Of a stretch of 31,471 nt of DNA, positions 18,598 to 27,858 are shown piece by piece. Below the pieces are notes generated by a model. It worked only from the letters and a program-made list of their open reading frames with translations, was not told the origin of the DNA and did no database searches. Position 1 is the first letter of the stretch. Each line of letters opens with the position of its first letter. The stretch is taken from NCBI GenBank assembly GCA_044226625.1, contig JBGAGQ010000071.1, positions 1-31,471 on the forward strand, read 5' to 3'. The position numbers were made by a program, and so were the translations under genes. This DNA is from Thermoanaerobaculia bacterium. GTDB lineage: Bacteria; Acidobacteriota; Thermoanaerobaculia; Multivoradales; UBA5704.

Positions 18598-20118
18598 CTA
18601 CTTGCCGCCGATCGCCTCGCGGTAGAAGCGCGCGAGGTCGTCGTGCAACTTCCGGTGCTCGCTTCGTTTGACGTACATCATGTGTCCGGCCTCGTAGGTC
18701 TCGATCTTTACCCGATCGCGCAAATCGGGCGGGAGGCCGAGGTGGGTGGCGGTAAAGTACGCGTCGAAATAGGGCGTCGCGAAATCGTAGTAGCCGCTCG
18801 CGATGAGCACGTGGAGGCTTGGATTCTGGGCGATCGCTTGACGGAGCCGTTCAGCGACGTTCAGATATTCGTTCTTGTCACCCCAGCTCCAGGGGCGGAC
18901 CTTGCGGGTCAGCTGTTCGTAGATCGCGTCTTCCGAATAGCCGAGGTCCCGGCGTAGATAGTCGTTGACCGCCGCGACATAGGGTCCGCCGAAGGCGACG
19001 ATGGACGGGTCGAACTCGGGTTCCTCGCCCGCCGAATCGCGATCGGTCCCGGTGACGCGCGCGTCGATTCGGCCGACCGTCCGTCCCTCATCTCGAAGGA
19101 GCTCCTTGAGGAACCTGCCGAGCTCCACCCGGAGATCCGCCCGCAGGATGAAATCGGCCGACAGGCCGGTGAAGCGGGCGAGCTGCCGGGCGACCTCTCG
19201 GCGCCGTTCCTCGCTCAGGCGGTCGCCCTGGAGGAGCGCGCTCGCGTATTCCCCCAGGGCATAGCTTTCCGATTCCTTGAGCGCCGCCCGCAGGTCCTTC
19301 TGGAGATCGGGCGCGAGACGGTTGTGGTACCAGGCCGCCGCCGTATAGCTGGGCAGATGGATGATGTACGGTACGTCGTTACCCGCCGCGAACTCCTGGT
19401 TTTGCCAGTTGAGCACGGCCGACAGCAAGACCACGCCATTCAGCTGGATGCCATACCGATCGAGAAGAAAGAACGAGAGCCCGGCCGCTCGGGTGGTGCC
19501 GTAACTTTCGCCGGCCACCAGCTTGGGAGACGCCCAGCGTTGGTTGCGGGCGAGCCAGAGACGGATGAACTCGCCCACCGACTCGACGTCACCCTGATAA
19601 CCGTGGAATTTCTTGGCGTCGACTCCCTCGGCAGCGCGACTCCAGCCCGTCGTCACGGGATCGATGAAAACCAGGTCGGTCACGTCCAGGATCGAGAATT
19701 CGTTGTCGACCAGACGCGCCGGCGTCGCGTAGGCGAGACCCTCCGCGTCGTTTTCGACCCTTCGCGGACCAAAAGCGCCCAGGTGGACCCAGAGCGAGGC
19801 GGCCCCCGGTCCGCCGTTGAAACAGAAGGTCACCGGACGCGAGGCGGGATCCGAGACGCCGTCCTTGACGTAGGAGACCGAGAAGATCGACGCCGAGGGC
19901 TTGCCATCTTCATCGCGTAGCACGAGCGTGCCGGCGGTTGCGGTGTAGGCCAGCCGCTGGCCGCCGAGGACGATCGAGTGGGAGGTAACCGACTTCTTCT
20001 CGACCGGCGCGGGCGGTTCGGGCGAACCTGGCTTGTCCGCCATGGAGCCGGCGGCGAGCGCGATGCGGGCGATCGAGAAGGAGAGAAGGAACGCGAGCGG
20101 CAGGCGAGGTCGGATCAT
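18598..20118 (-). CDS. Exported peptidase S10 (serine carboxypeptidase)
   Basis: FNGGPGAAS, FIDPVTTGWS, GESYGT nucleophile motif, GYYDFATP, AGHMMY; signal peptide; SD AAGGAG before ATG 20118. Confidence 0.92.
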   Translation of the reverse strand: MIRPRLPLAFLLSFSIARIALAAGSMADKPGSPEPPAPVEKKSVTSHSIVLGGQRLAYTATAGTLVLRDEDGKPSASIFSVSYVKDGVSDPASRPVTFCFNGGPGAASLWVHLGAFGPRRVENDAEGLAYATPARLVDNEFSILDVTDLVFIDPVTTGWSRAAEGVDAKKFHGYQGDVESVGEFIRLWLARNQRWASPKLVAGESYGTTRAAGLSFFLLDRYGIQLNGVVLLSAVLNWQNQEFAAGNDVPYIIHLPSYTAAAWYHNRLAPDLQKDLRAALKESESYALGEYASALLQGDRLSEERRREVARQLARFTGLSADFILRADLRVELGRFLKELLRDEGRTVGRIDARVTGTDRDSAGEEPEFDPSIVAFGGPYVAAVNDYLRRDLGYSEDAIYEQLTRKVRPWSWGDKNEYLNVAERLRQAIAQNPSLHVLIASGYYDFATPYFDAYFTATHLGLPPDLRDRVKIETYEAGHMMYVKRSEHRKLHDDLARFYREAIGGK

Positions 20119-20428
20119 GCGATCTCCTTGACGGTGAGACGGCACACTTCGGTCGGGCGGATCTCCACTTTACGGGCTGCCGGCTCTGAGGTTTGGCTTT
20201 TCGTCACACAAGATCGCGGCTTGGCCAGCCTTACCTGGATTTCGGTTCTCGAGAACTTGAAGGTTCGAACGGGAGAGTTGCGCACGTCTATGTCTGAGCG
20301 AAAGAAACTCAGATTCCGATCCGCCCCGGAATATCGGGCTCTCCCCGGCGGTTCGAACTTCCACGCGGTGCGCTCGGAGTTGCGCGCCACCATGGCAGAC
20401 CTCGCACAGGGGTCCGGGAGTACCGAAG

Positions 20429-23014
20429 ATGTCTGAACGCCTGAACCTCCCCGTTTTGCCGATGCGGGATTTCGTTCTCTTCCCGGGAGTGAGCGCGCCG
20501 ATCAACGCGGGCAAGCCCGCCACGTTGCGCGCGATCGAGGCCGCGATGGCCACCAAGGAAAAGCTGGTCTTCGCCGTCTCCCAGCGAGAGGACTCGAGCG
20601 AGGTCTCGGCCGAGAACCTCTACACGATCGGCACCGTCGCCCGAATCGGCCAGATCCAGCGCGGCCTTGCTGGCATGCAGCTGCTGATCCACGGCGATCA
20701 CCGCGGGATCGCGATGCGAATCTACGAGCGCGACGGACACCTCCAGGCCGTGGTCCGGGAGGCGGACGAGATGCCGCCGATCGACTCGAACAATCCGGCC
20801 TTCGTCGCCCTGTTCCGGGAAGCGCGGGAACGCGCCGCCGAGCTCGGCATGAAATCGGGCCTTCCCGAGGAGGTCGTACAGCAGGTTCTCGCCGGGGCGA
20901 ACGACCCGAGCCGGCTCTCCGACTTGGTTGCGGCCTACACCGAGCTCACCCCCCAACAGCGCCAGAGCCTGCTCGAGACTCTGTCGGTCGAGGAGCGGCT
21001 GCGGCGCGTACTGGTCCACGTCCAGCGTCAGCTCTCGGTCCTCGAAGCGCAGGAGAACATCAAGTCGAAGGTCCAGGAGGAGCTCGGCGACCGGCAGAAA
21101 GAGATCATCCTGCGCGAGCAGCTCAAAGCGATCCAGAAGGAGCTGGGCGAGGGCGAAACCGGCGCCGAGGTCGACGAGCTCCGCGAGAAGCTTAAGGCGC
21201 TCGACCTGCCCGCGGGCGTGCGAAAAGAGGTCGACCGCGAGCTCGGCCGCCTCGGACGAATGGGACGCGAGGGGATGGAGTCCCAGGTGATCCGCACCTA
21301 TCTAGAGACCATCGCCGAGCTCCCCTGGAACGTCCGCAGTGATGAGCACCTCGACATCCAGCACGCCTCCGAGCTCTTGGAGGAAGATCATTACGCGCTC
21401 GGCGACGTCAAGGACCGGGTGCTCGAATTCCTCGCCGTTCGCCAACTGCGCGAGGCGGCGCGGCGTACCGAGGAGGCCCAAGAGGCCGAACAGGCCGTCG
21501 CCAGCCCGGCGGGTTCCCAGAATGCCGAAAGCAACCGCGACGAAGACGAGGTCGCCGCGGCGGCGAGCGCCGCGGCGGCCCCCGAAGGCGCTCCGGCCGA
21601 GCCCAAAAGCGCCGGCGCTTCGATCGACGAGAAAGAGGCCAAGCGCAAGGCGAAGGGTCCGATCCTCCTTTTCGTCGGCCCCCCCGGGGTGGGCAAGACT
21701 TCCGTCGCCAAATCGATCGCGCGGGCGATGGGTCGCAAGTACGTCCGCATCGCGCTCGGCGGCGTGCGCGACGAGGCCGACGTGCGGGGCCATCGGCGCA
21801 CTTACGTCGGCGCGATGCCGGGCCGGATCATCCAGGGCATGAAGCAGGTCGGGGTCACCAACCCGGTCTTCCTGCTCGACGAGGTCGACAAGCTCGGGAC
21901 GTCGTTCCAGGGCGATCCTTCCTCGGCCTTGCTGGAAGTGCTCGATCCGGCGCAGAACGACTCGTTCACCGATCACTACCTCGGCGTGCCGTTCGATCTC
22001 TCCGAGGTGCTGTTCATCGCGACCGCAAACTTCATCCAGAACATCCCCGGACCGCTGCTCGACCGGATGGAAGTGGTCGATTTCTCGGGCTACACCGAGG
22101 CCGAGAAGAAAGAGATCGCCGAGCGCTACCTGGTGCCGCGGCAATTGGAGGCGAACGGCCTGCGAGCCGAGCAGTTCGAGCTCGCCGAGGAAGGCCTTAC
22201 CACGCTGATCTCGGGCTACACCCGTGAGGCCGGAGTCCGACAGCTCGAGCGCGAGATCGGACGGCTGGCGCGCAAGGTGGCGCGCAAGATCGCGAGCGGC
22301 GAACGGGAGCGGACGACGGTCGACGCCGCGGAGGTTCGCGCTCTCCTCGGCCGGCCGAAGGTCCATCCGGAGCGGGCCTTCCGAGCCGATCAGGTGGGCG
22401 TGGCGACCGGCATGTATTACACGCCGGTGGGCGGCGACATCATGTTCGTCGAAGCTTCGACCATGAAAGGCAAGGGCGAGCTGGTGCTCACCGGACAGCT
22501 CGGCGACGTGATGAAGGAATCGGCTCGGGCCGCTTGGACCTACGCCCGTTCGCACGCCGCGAGCCTCGGGATCGACGAGGAGGCGTTCGCAACCCGCGAC
22601 GTCCATGTCCACGTCCCGGCCGGCGCGATTCCGAAAGATGGCCCGTCGGCGGGCGTGGCCATGGCGACCGCCCTGGTCTCGGCGCTCTCGAACCGCCCGG
22701 CGCGCTTCGACCTCGCCATGACCGGGGAAATCACCCTCGCCGGTCGGGTGCTGCCGATCGGCGGAGTCAAGGAGAAAGTGCTCGGCGCCGTCCGCTCGGG
22801 CATCCGCTCGATCCTCCTGCCGAAGGACAACGAGGCCGACCTCGAGGATCTGCCGCGCGAGGTGCTCGATACCCTGGAGATCCATCCGGTCTCGGAGCTC
22901 GGCGATGCGCTCGCCTTCACCCTGCGCGGCGCATCGTTCCGCGAGGGACGCCTTTCGTTCGCGTCCGCGTCGGACCTTTCCGGCATCGCCGGGGCAGCCG
23001 ACAGCCTGCACTGA
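20429..23014 (+). CDS. lon: ATP-dependent protease Lon (endopeptidase La)
   Basis: [13 protein letters not shown]-domain, [37 protein letters not shown] catalytic Ser, PIGGVKEK Lys. Confidence 0.98.
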   Translation: MSERLNLPVLPMRDFVLFPGVSAPINAGKPATLRAIEAAMATKEKLVFAVSQREDSSEVSAENLYTIGTVARIGQIQRGLAGMQLLIHGDHRGIAMRIYERDGHLQAVVREADEMPPIDSNNPAFVALFREARERAAELGMKSGLPEEVVQQVLAGANDPSRLSDLVAAYTELTPQQRQSLLETLSVEERLRRVLVHVQRQLSVLEAQENIKSKVQEELGDRQKEIILREQLKAIQKELGEGETGAEVDELREKLKALDLPAGVRKEVDRELGRLGRMGREGMESQVIRTYLETIAELPWNVRSDEHLDIQHASELLEEDHYALGDVKDRVLEFLAVRQLREAARRTEEAQEAEQAVASPAGSQNAESNRDEDEVAAAASAAAAPEGAPAEPKSAGASIDEKEAKRKAKGPILLFVGPPGVGKTSVAKSIARAMGRKYVRIALGGVRDEADVRGHRRTYVGAMPGRIIQGMKQVGVTNPVFLLDEVDKLGTSFQGDPSSALLEVLDPAQNDSFTDHYLGVPFDLSEVLFIATANFIQNIPGPLLDRMEVVDFSGYTEAEKKEIAERYLVPRQLEANGLRAEQFELAEEGLTTLISGYTREAGVRQLEREIGRLARKVARKIASGERERTTVDAAEVRALLGRPKVHPERAFRADQVGVATGMYYTPVGGDIMFVEASTMKGKGELVLTGQLGDVMKESARAAWTYARSHAASLGIDEEAFATRDVHVHVPAGAIPKDGPSAGVAMATALVSALSNRPARFDLAMTGEITLAGRVLPIGGVKEKVLGAVRSGIRSILLPKDNEADLEDLPREVLDTLEIHPVSELGDALAFTLRGASFREGRLSFASASDLSGIAGAADSLH

Positions 23015-23037
23015 GCCTCGGCCCACTTCTTCTCTCC

Positions 23038-23076
23038 GCGGCCGGCTCCGGTTTCCCGGGGCCGGCCGTTTTCGTT
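23038..23076 (+). terminator. Rho-independent terminator after lon
   Basis: CGGCCGGCTCCGG-TTTC-CCGGGGCCGGCCG, a 13-bp stem with one G-U pair, followed by TTTTCGTT. Confidence 0.8.
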
Positions 23077-23122
23077 CGATCAGATAGCGCTCTCCGACCC
23101 CGAACACCCCTTCATCGCTTCA

Positions 23123-23131
23123 TGCCATACT
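23123..23131 (+). promoter_or_regulatory. Putative extended -10 promoter (TGcCATACT) for the radical SAM gene
   Basis: Lies between the lon terminator and ATG 23160. Confidence 0.35.
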
Positions 23132-23159
23132 GAGATGGCTCCGGCAGGGCGGACCCGAC

Positions 23160-24470
23160 ATGTCTCCCGAGATCAAACGCTCGAACACGCTCTGCGATCG
23201 GCCCTTCACGCACCTGTACGCCGAAGCGGACGGCGAGGTGCGGCCCTGCTGCATCGCGGGGTTCTTCCCCGAAAAGCTGAGCCTCGCGGAGCGCTCGATC
23301 GAGGAGGTCTGGAACTCGGAACCGATGTGTCGGCTCCGTCGCGACATGCTCGCGGGAGTGCGGAATCCGGTTTGCGAGGTTTGCTACGAGCGAGAGGATC
23401 GCGGAGAGGTCAGCCCCCGGCTCCTGCCCGTCAACGAGGAGGCCAGCCGCGAAGCCGCCCAAATTGTGAAAAAGCCGGAGTACGCATTCGGGCTTCCCGA
23501 GCCCGACGGCAGGCTCGCCGTCGACATCCAATTCCTCGATCTCCGGTTTTCCAACCTGTGCGACCAGAAGTGCCGGATGTGCAACCACCGGTACTCCTCC
23601 AAGTGGTATGAGGATGAGATCGCGCTCTTGGGTCCCGAGAGCGAGCAGGCCCCGCGGCAGCGGCTGATCCGTCTTCCCGAGAACACGGTCGAGCAGCTGA
23701 AGCCCTACCTGGGCGGCGTCAAATCCGTCTACTTCGCGGGCGGAGAGCCGCTGCTCATGCCGGAGCACTTCCGGCTCCTCACCTGGCTCCACGAAAGCGA
23801 GAGGAAAGAGGAGATCTCGGTCTTCTACAGCACGAACCTTACGGCGATGGCGCACCGCGGCGTGCGATTCGTCGACCTCTGGCAGGATTTCCGGCTGGTG
23901 AAGTTGTCGATCTCTTGTGACGGGTTCGGCGCGGTCGGCGAATACCAGCGCACGGGCTTTCGACACGACGAGTTCTTCCGAAACCTCGAGCGGGTCGCGA
24001 CCTTCGCCAACCCGATGAAGTACTCGGCCGCGAATCCCTATCCGCTCAAAGACACCCGCATCCTCTATGACATCCAGTACACGACGACCCTCTACAACGT
24101 CTTCCACGTCTTCGACTTTCTCGAGTACATGGTGGCGCGGGGTTACGTGCCCGATACGGACGCCGTCAACCTCGCGTACGCCTGGAGTCCGGCTACCGTC
24201 TCGCTCAACAACGCTAGCGACAAGGAAGCGATCGTCGCCTTCCTGGAGCGAGGAAAGGCCGGTATCCAAGCCGAAAAGACGCTCGCCGAGATCGACAACT
24301 TGATCCGCTTCACCCAGCGACACAACGACATCCCGTTCGAGGAGGTCCTACGGTGGAACGAACGGCTCGACGAGCTCCGCGGAACGCCTCGCGCGTTCAG
24401 CGCACGACTGACTCCGCCGGCGCCAACGGCCGTTTCGGATGAAGACGGTTCCCACCCGAACGTGCGTTGA
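23160..24470 (+). CDS. Radical SAM protein with N-terminal twitch (half-SPASM) domain
   Basis: N-terminal 'CDRPF.HLY...DGEVRPCC ... IEEVWNS....LRRDMLAG...CEVC', then 'LDLRFSNLCDQKCRMC' (CxxxCxxC), FAGGEP, STN, SCDG. Confidence 0.9.
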   Translation: MSPEIKRSNTLCDRPFTHLYAEADGEVRPCCIAGFFPEKLSLAERSIEEVWNSEPMCRLRRDMLAGVRNPVCEVCYEREDRGEVSPRLLPVNEEASREAAQIVKKPEYAFGLPEPDGRLAVDIQFLDLRFSNLCDQKCRMCNHRYSSKWYEDEIALLGPESEQAPRQRLIRLPENTVEQLKPYLGGVKSVYFAGGEPLLMPEHFRLLTWLHESERKEEISVFYSTNLTAMAHRGVRFVDLWQDFRLVKLSISCDGFGAVGEYQRTGFRHDEFFRNLERVATFANPMKYSAANPYPLKDTRILYDIQYTTTLYNVFHVFDFLEYMVARGYVPDTDAVNLAYAWSPATVSLNNASDKEAIVAFLERGKAGIQAEKTLAEIDNLIRFTQRHNDIPFEEVLRWNERLDELRGTPRAFSARLTPPAPTAVSDEDGSHPNVR

Positions 24471-24527
24471 CAGCCCCGGCCTCCCCGGCTAGCTTCCGGC
24501 GCATCAGACCTCCGGAGGTTCTCGCCC

Positions 24528-25034
24528 ATGAGCAGTCGCGTTCGTTTCGTCGGGTCGTTCGTCGCATTCACAATCCTCTCGGCACTCGTCTCCTTCGCCG
24601 CGGAAAAACCGATCGACCTCACGGCCGAGGCGGCCAAGGTCCTCGAAGCCGACAAGGCCTTCTGCGAGGCGGCCAAATCGGGCGACGCCAAACGGTGGAG
24701 CGCTTTCTTCGACGAGAACGGGATCATGTTCTCCGGCCCCCCGGGGGCGGTTCGGGGCCGAGCGGCGATCGAGAAGGCTCTCGCGACCTCCTTCGCCGCA
24801 CCGGGCTTCAAGCTCTTGTGGTGGCCGATCCGTGCCGAGGTTTCGACCGACGGCCAGCTCGGCTACTCCTACGGCCAGTACGACCGCAAGATCGACAGCC
24901 CGGAGGGTCAGCCCGTGTCCCGCGGCGGGACCTACATCACGGTCTGGAAGAAGCAGAAGGACGGTAGCTGGAAGGTCTTGTCCAACTTCGGCACCGGCGC
25001 GGAGATGGCGACGGAACGCAAGTCGTCGTCGTAG
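24528..25034 (+). CDS. Exported NTF2/SnoaL-like protein (DUF4440/YybH-like)
   Basis: Signal peptide; 'VRGRAAI', 'LGYSYGQY', 'GTYITVWKKQKDGSWK'; SD GGAGG. Confidence 0.85.
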   Translation: MSSRVRFVGSFVAFTILSALVSFAAEKPIDLTAEAAKVLEADKAFCEAAKSGDAKRWSAFFDENGIMFSGPPGAVRGRAAIEKALATSFAAPGFKLLWWPIRAEVSTDGQLGYSYGQYDRKIDSPEGQPVSRGGTYITVWKKQKDGSWKVLSNFGTGAEMATERKSSS

Positions 25035-25072
25035 GTCCGCGCTTTCCCCTGGGGGGTGACTTCCGGCGGCCC

Positions 25073-25081
25073 TGCTAAACT
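25073..25081 (+). promoter_or_regulatory. Putative extended -10 promoter (TGcTAAACT) for the PIG-L/sulfatase-like pair
   Basis: Intergenic, about 70 nt upstream of ATG 25153. Confidence 0.45.
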
Positions 25082-25152
25082 GCGGGGCCTTGCATTCGCC
25101 CGATCCGCAACGGATCGGGCGTTTCGACCTTCTCGCCAGGGAGCTCCCCGCA

Positions 25153-27858
25153 ATGATCCGATCCGCTTTTCCCTCGCGGCGCAGCCGGCTGGCCCCGGCC
25201 GCCGGTCTGGCGTTGCTCACCACGTTCGCCGCGCTCGTGCCCGGCCCGGTCGCGGCCGAGGTGCCTTCGTCGCTATCGCCGCTCGAATCCGCATCGACCG
25301 GCGGCTACGCCGCGCTCGACCGCGCGCTCGCGCGCCTCGCGGTCCACGAGCGGGTGCTGGTGATCGCGGCGCATCCGGACGACGAGGACACCTCGCTGCT
25401 GACCCTGATCGCCCGAGGATACGGCGGCGAGTCGGCGTATCTTGCGCTGTCGCGCGGCGAAGGGGGACAGAACCTGATCGGGCCGGAGCTGGGGATCGGA
25501 TTGGGTTTGATCCGCTCCCGCGAGCTGCTCGCCGCCCGCCGGGTCGACGGTGCGCGGCAGTTCTTCACCCGCGCTTTCGATTTCGGCTATACCCGCTCGA
25601 TCGACGAGACCTTCCGATTCTGGCCGAAGGAGGCGGTGCTCGAAGACGCGGTGCGGATCGTCCGGCGGTTCCGCCCGCAGGTGATCGTGTCGATCTTTCC
25701 CGGGGTGCCGCATCCGAACCACGGGCAGCACCAGGTCGCCGGCTGGACCGCCTACCAGGCGTTCGAGGCAGCCGCCGACCCGGCATTCCATGGCCTCGAC
25801 GGCGAGAACCTGGCGCCGTGGAAGCCCACCACCCTCTACCGCTCGACCTGGTTCCAGGACAAGGACGCGACGGTCAAGCTGTCGATCGCCCCGATCGATC
25901 CGGTGACGGGCAAGTCGATCCTGCAGCTGGCCGCGGCGAGCCGGAGCCAGCACCGGTCGCAGGACATGGGGCGCACCCAGGATCTCGGCGGCAGGGAGAC
26001 GTCGGTCGCCTGGGTTGCGGGCGGAGGGGGCCAGCAGGGCGCGGGGCTGTTCGCGGGCGTCGACACCCATCTGGCCGCCATCGCCTCGGGCCTGCCCCAA
26101 GGGGAGACTCGGCGGAAGATCGAAGAAAAGCTCACCGCCGTCCAGGCCTCCGCCGAGCAGCTCCGGCGGACGCTCAGCCCGTCGCGGATGGCCGAGGCGG
26201 TGACGCCGCTCGCTCGAATCCTCGGCGACCTTTCGGCGGCGCGCGCTCTCTTGGGAGCGAAGCCCGACGCCCCCGCCGACCGGGCCGCCGCGGACTTCCT
26301 CGACGAGAAGATCGCGATCGCCGACGAGGCGATCGCCGCCGCCGCGGGCGTCGCTTTCGACGCCTGGACCGAGCGTGAAACCTACACGCCCGGCTCCGTG
26401 GTCGCGGTGACAGCGAACCTCTGGCCCGCCGGCGGCTCGGCGCTCGAGGGCGCTCGTGCGGCCCTTGTCTCCTCCGCTGAGTGGGGCGGCGGCGAAACGT
26501 CCGGTGAGGCGAAAGACCTTTCGGCCGGAACGCTCGGCGAATGGAAGCTCCAGAGCGCGATCCCGGAAGGCGCTCAGCCCACGGTCCCCTACTTCTTGAG
26601 AAAACCGATGCGAGGCGCCCTCTACGATTGGAGCGACGCTCCCGCCGCCGTGCGCGGCGAGCCGTTCGAGGCCGCCCCGCTCGTCGCGCGGGCGACGTTC
26701 CGCCTGGCGGGAGTCGACGTCTCGCTACAGCGCGAGGTCGTCCTGCGCGTCCGCGATCAAGCCCTCGGGGAGATCCGCCGCCCCCTCCGCGTGGTGCCGC
26801 CGGTCGAGGTCGCGATCGACCAGGACCGGCTCGTCTGGCCCCTTCCGGCGGCCTCGAAAGGAGCCCCCGCGAAAACCAAGGCTCCCGCCGTCCGCACCAT
26901 CCGCGTCGAGCTCGCCTCGCGCTCCGAGAAGCCGGTCGCCGGCCAGCTGGAGGCCACCCTTCCCTCGCCGTGGAAACCGATCGCGCCGATCCCGTTCTCG
27001 CTCGCCCACGAGGGGGAAAAGCAAGTCGTCGAGGTGAAGCTGGAGATGCCGGGCGGCCTACCGGCCGGCGCCTACCCGCTCTCGCTCGCGGCACGTCTCG
27101 AAGGCGGAGCCCGCATCGACCTCGCCGTCCCGACCCTCGAATACCCGCACATCCGCCCCACCCCGATGCCTCGTCGCGCGCAGGTCGAGATCCGCGCGCT
27201 CGACCTCTCGCTGCCCCACCTCGATCGGATCGGCTACGTCCGCGGCGCGTCCGACCGGGTTCCCGAAGCGCTCACCCAGGTGGGGTTGCCGATCGAGCTG
27301 CTCGGCCCGGCCGACCTCGCCGAAGGGGACCTCTCCCGGTTCGGCGCGATCGTGATCGGGAGTCGCGCTTACGAATCGGAGCCGGCGCTCGGGGCGGCGA
27401 ATCCGCGACTGCTCGATTACGCCCGAGCGGGCGGACTCCTGATCGTCCAATACCAGCAATACCCCTTCGTCGACGGCAAGTTTTCGCCGTTCCCGTTCGA
27501 CATCGCGCGGCCGCACGACCGGGTGACCGACGAGACCGCGCCGGTGCGCCCGCTCGATCCCTCCCACCCCGTCTTCAACGTTCCGAACGCGATCGGCGCG
27601 GCCGACTGGGAGGGGTGGGTACAGGAGCGCGGTCTCTACTTCGCGCACACCTGGGATCCCGCCTACACGCCGCTGCTCGCCATGACCGACCCCGACCAGC
27701 CCGAGCAGCAGGGAGGCCTCCTGCTCGCCAAGCTGGGCCAAGGGACGTACGTCTATACCGGAATCGCGTTCTTCCGGGAGCTGCCGGCGGGCGTTCCGGG
27801 AGCGTACCGGCTCTTTGCCAACTTGCTCGCCCTCGGACCCGCGGGACCCCCGAGGTGA
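25153..27858 (+). CDS. Exported PIG-L/LmbE-family N-deacetylase with Ig-like (NEW3-type) and C-terminal GATase-like domains
   Basis: AHPDDE and HGQH metal motifs, SRGEGGQNLIG, FTRAFDFGY, RSQHRSQDMG, WEGWVQERG, GVPGAYRLFANLL; SD AGGGAG before ATG 25153. Confidence 0.9.
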   Translation: MIRSAFPSRRSRLAPAAGLALLTTFAALVPGPVAAEVPSSLSPLESASTGGYAALDRALARLAVHERVLVIAAHPDDEDTSLLTLIARGYGGESAYLALSRGEGGQNLIGPELGIGLGLIRSRELLAARRVDGARQFFTRAFDFGYTRSIDETFRFWPKEAVLEDAVRIVRRFRPQVIVSIFPGVPHPNHGQHQVAGWTAYQAFEAAADPAFHGLDGENLAPWKPTTLYRSTWFQDKDATVKLSIAPIDPVTGKSILQLAAASRSQHRSQDMGRTQDLGGRETSVAWVAGGGGQQGAGLFAGVDTHLAAIASGLPQGETRRKIEEKLTAVQASAEQLRRTLSPSRMAEAVTPLARILGDLSAARALLGAKPDAPADRAAADFLDEKIAIADEAIAAAAGVAFDAWTERETYTPGSVVAVTANLWPAGGSALEGARAALVSSAEWGGGETSGEAKDLSAGTLGEWKLQSAIPEGAQPTVPYFLRKPMRGALYDWSDAPAAVRGEPFEAAPLVARATFRLAGVDVSLQREVVLRVRDQALGEIRRPLRVVPPVEVAIDQDRLVWPLPAASKGAPAKTKAPAVRTIRVELASRSEKPVAGQLEATLPSPWKPIAPIPFSLAHEGEKQVVEVKLEMPGGLPAGAYPLSLAARLEGGARIDLAVPTLEYPHIRPTPMPRRAQVEIRALDLSLPHLDRIGYVRGASDRVPEALTQVGLPIELLGPADLAEGDLSRFGAIVIGSRAYESEPALGAANPRLLDYARAGGLLIVQYQQYPFVDGKFSPFPFDIARPHDRVTDETAPVRPLDPSHPVFNVPNAIGAADWEGWVQERGLYFAHTWDPAYTPLLAMTDPDQPEQQGGLLLAKLGQGTYVYTGIAFFRELPAGVPGAYRLFANLLALGPAGPPR

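Noticed and set aside
20245-20365. GGTTCGAA read as a tRNA T-loop, or GAAC/GTTC read as a LexA box
   Set aside because: There is no T-stem or cloverleaf pairing, and the spacings (N6, N10, N14) match neither GAAC-N4-GTTC nor GTTC-N7-GTTC.
21302-24323. 601-aa and 403-aa minus-strand ORFs
   Set aside because: Antisense shadows of lon and the radical SAM gene.
26541-27854. 438-codon N-terminal extension of the sulfatase-like ORF overlapping the deacetylase (overlapping gene or -1 frameshift fusion)
   Set aside because: The translation is Arg/Pro/Gly-rich off-frame junk. The G/A run near 27011-27021 is not an in-phase X XXY YYZ heptamer. The GTGA-coupled start with a lipoprotein signal explains the gene.
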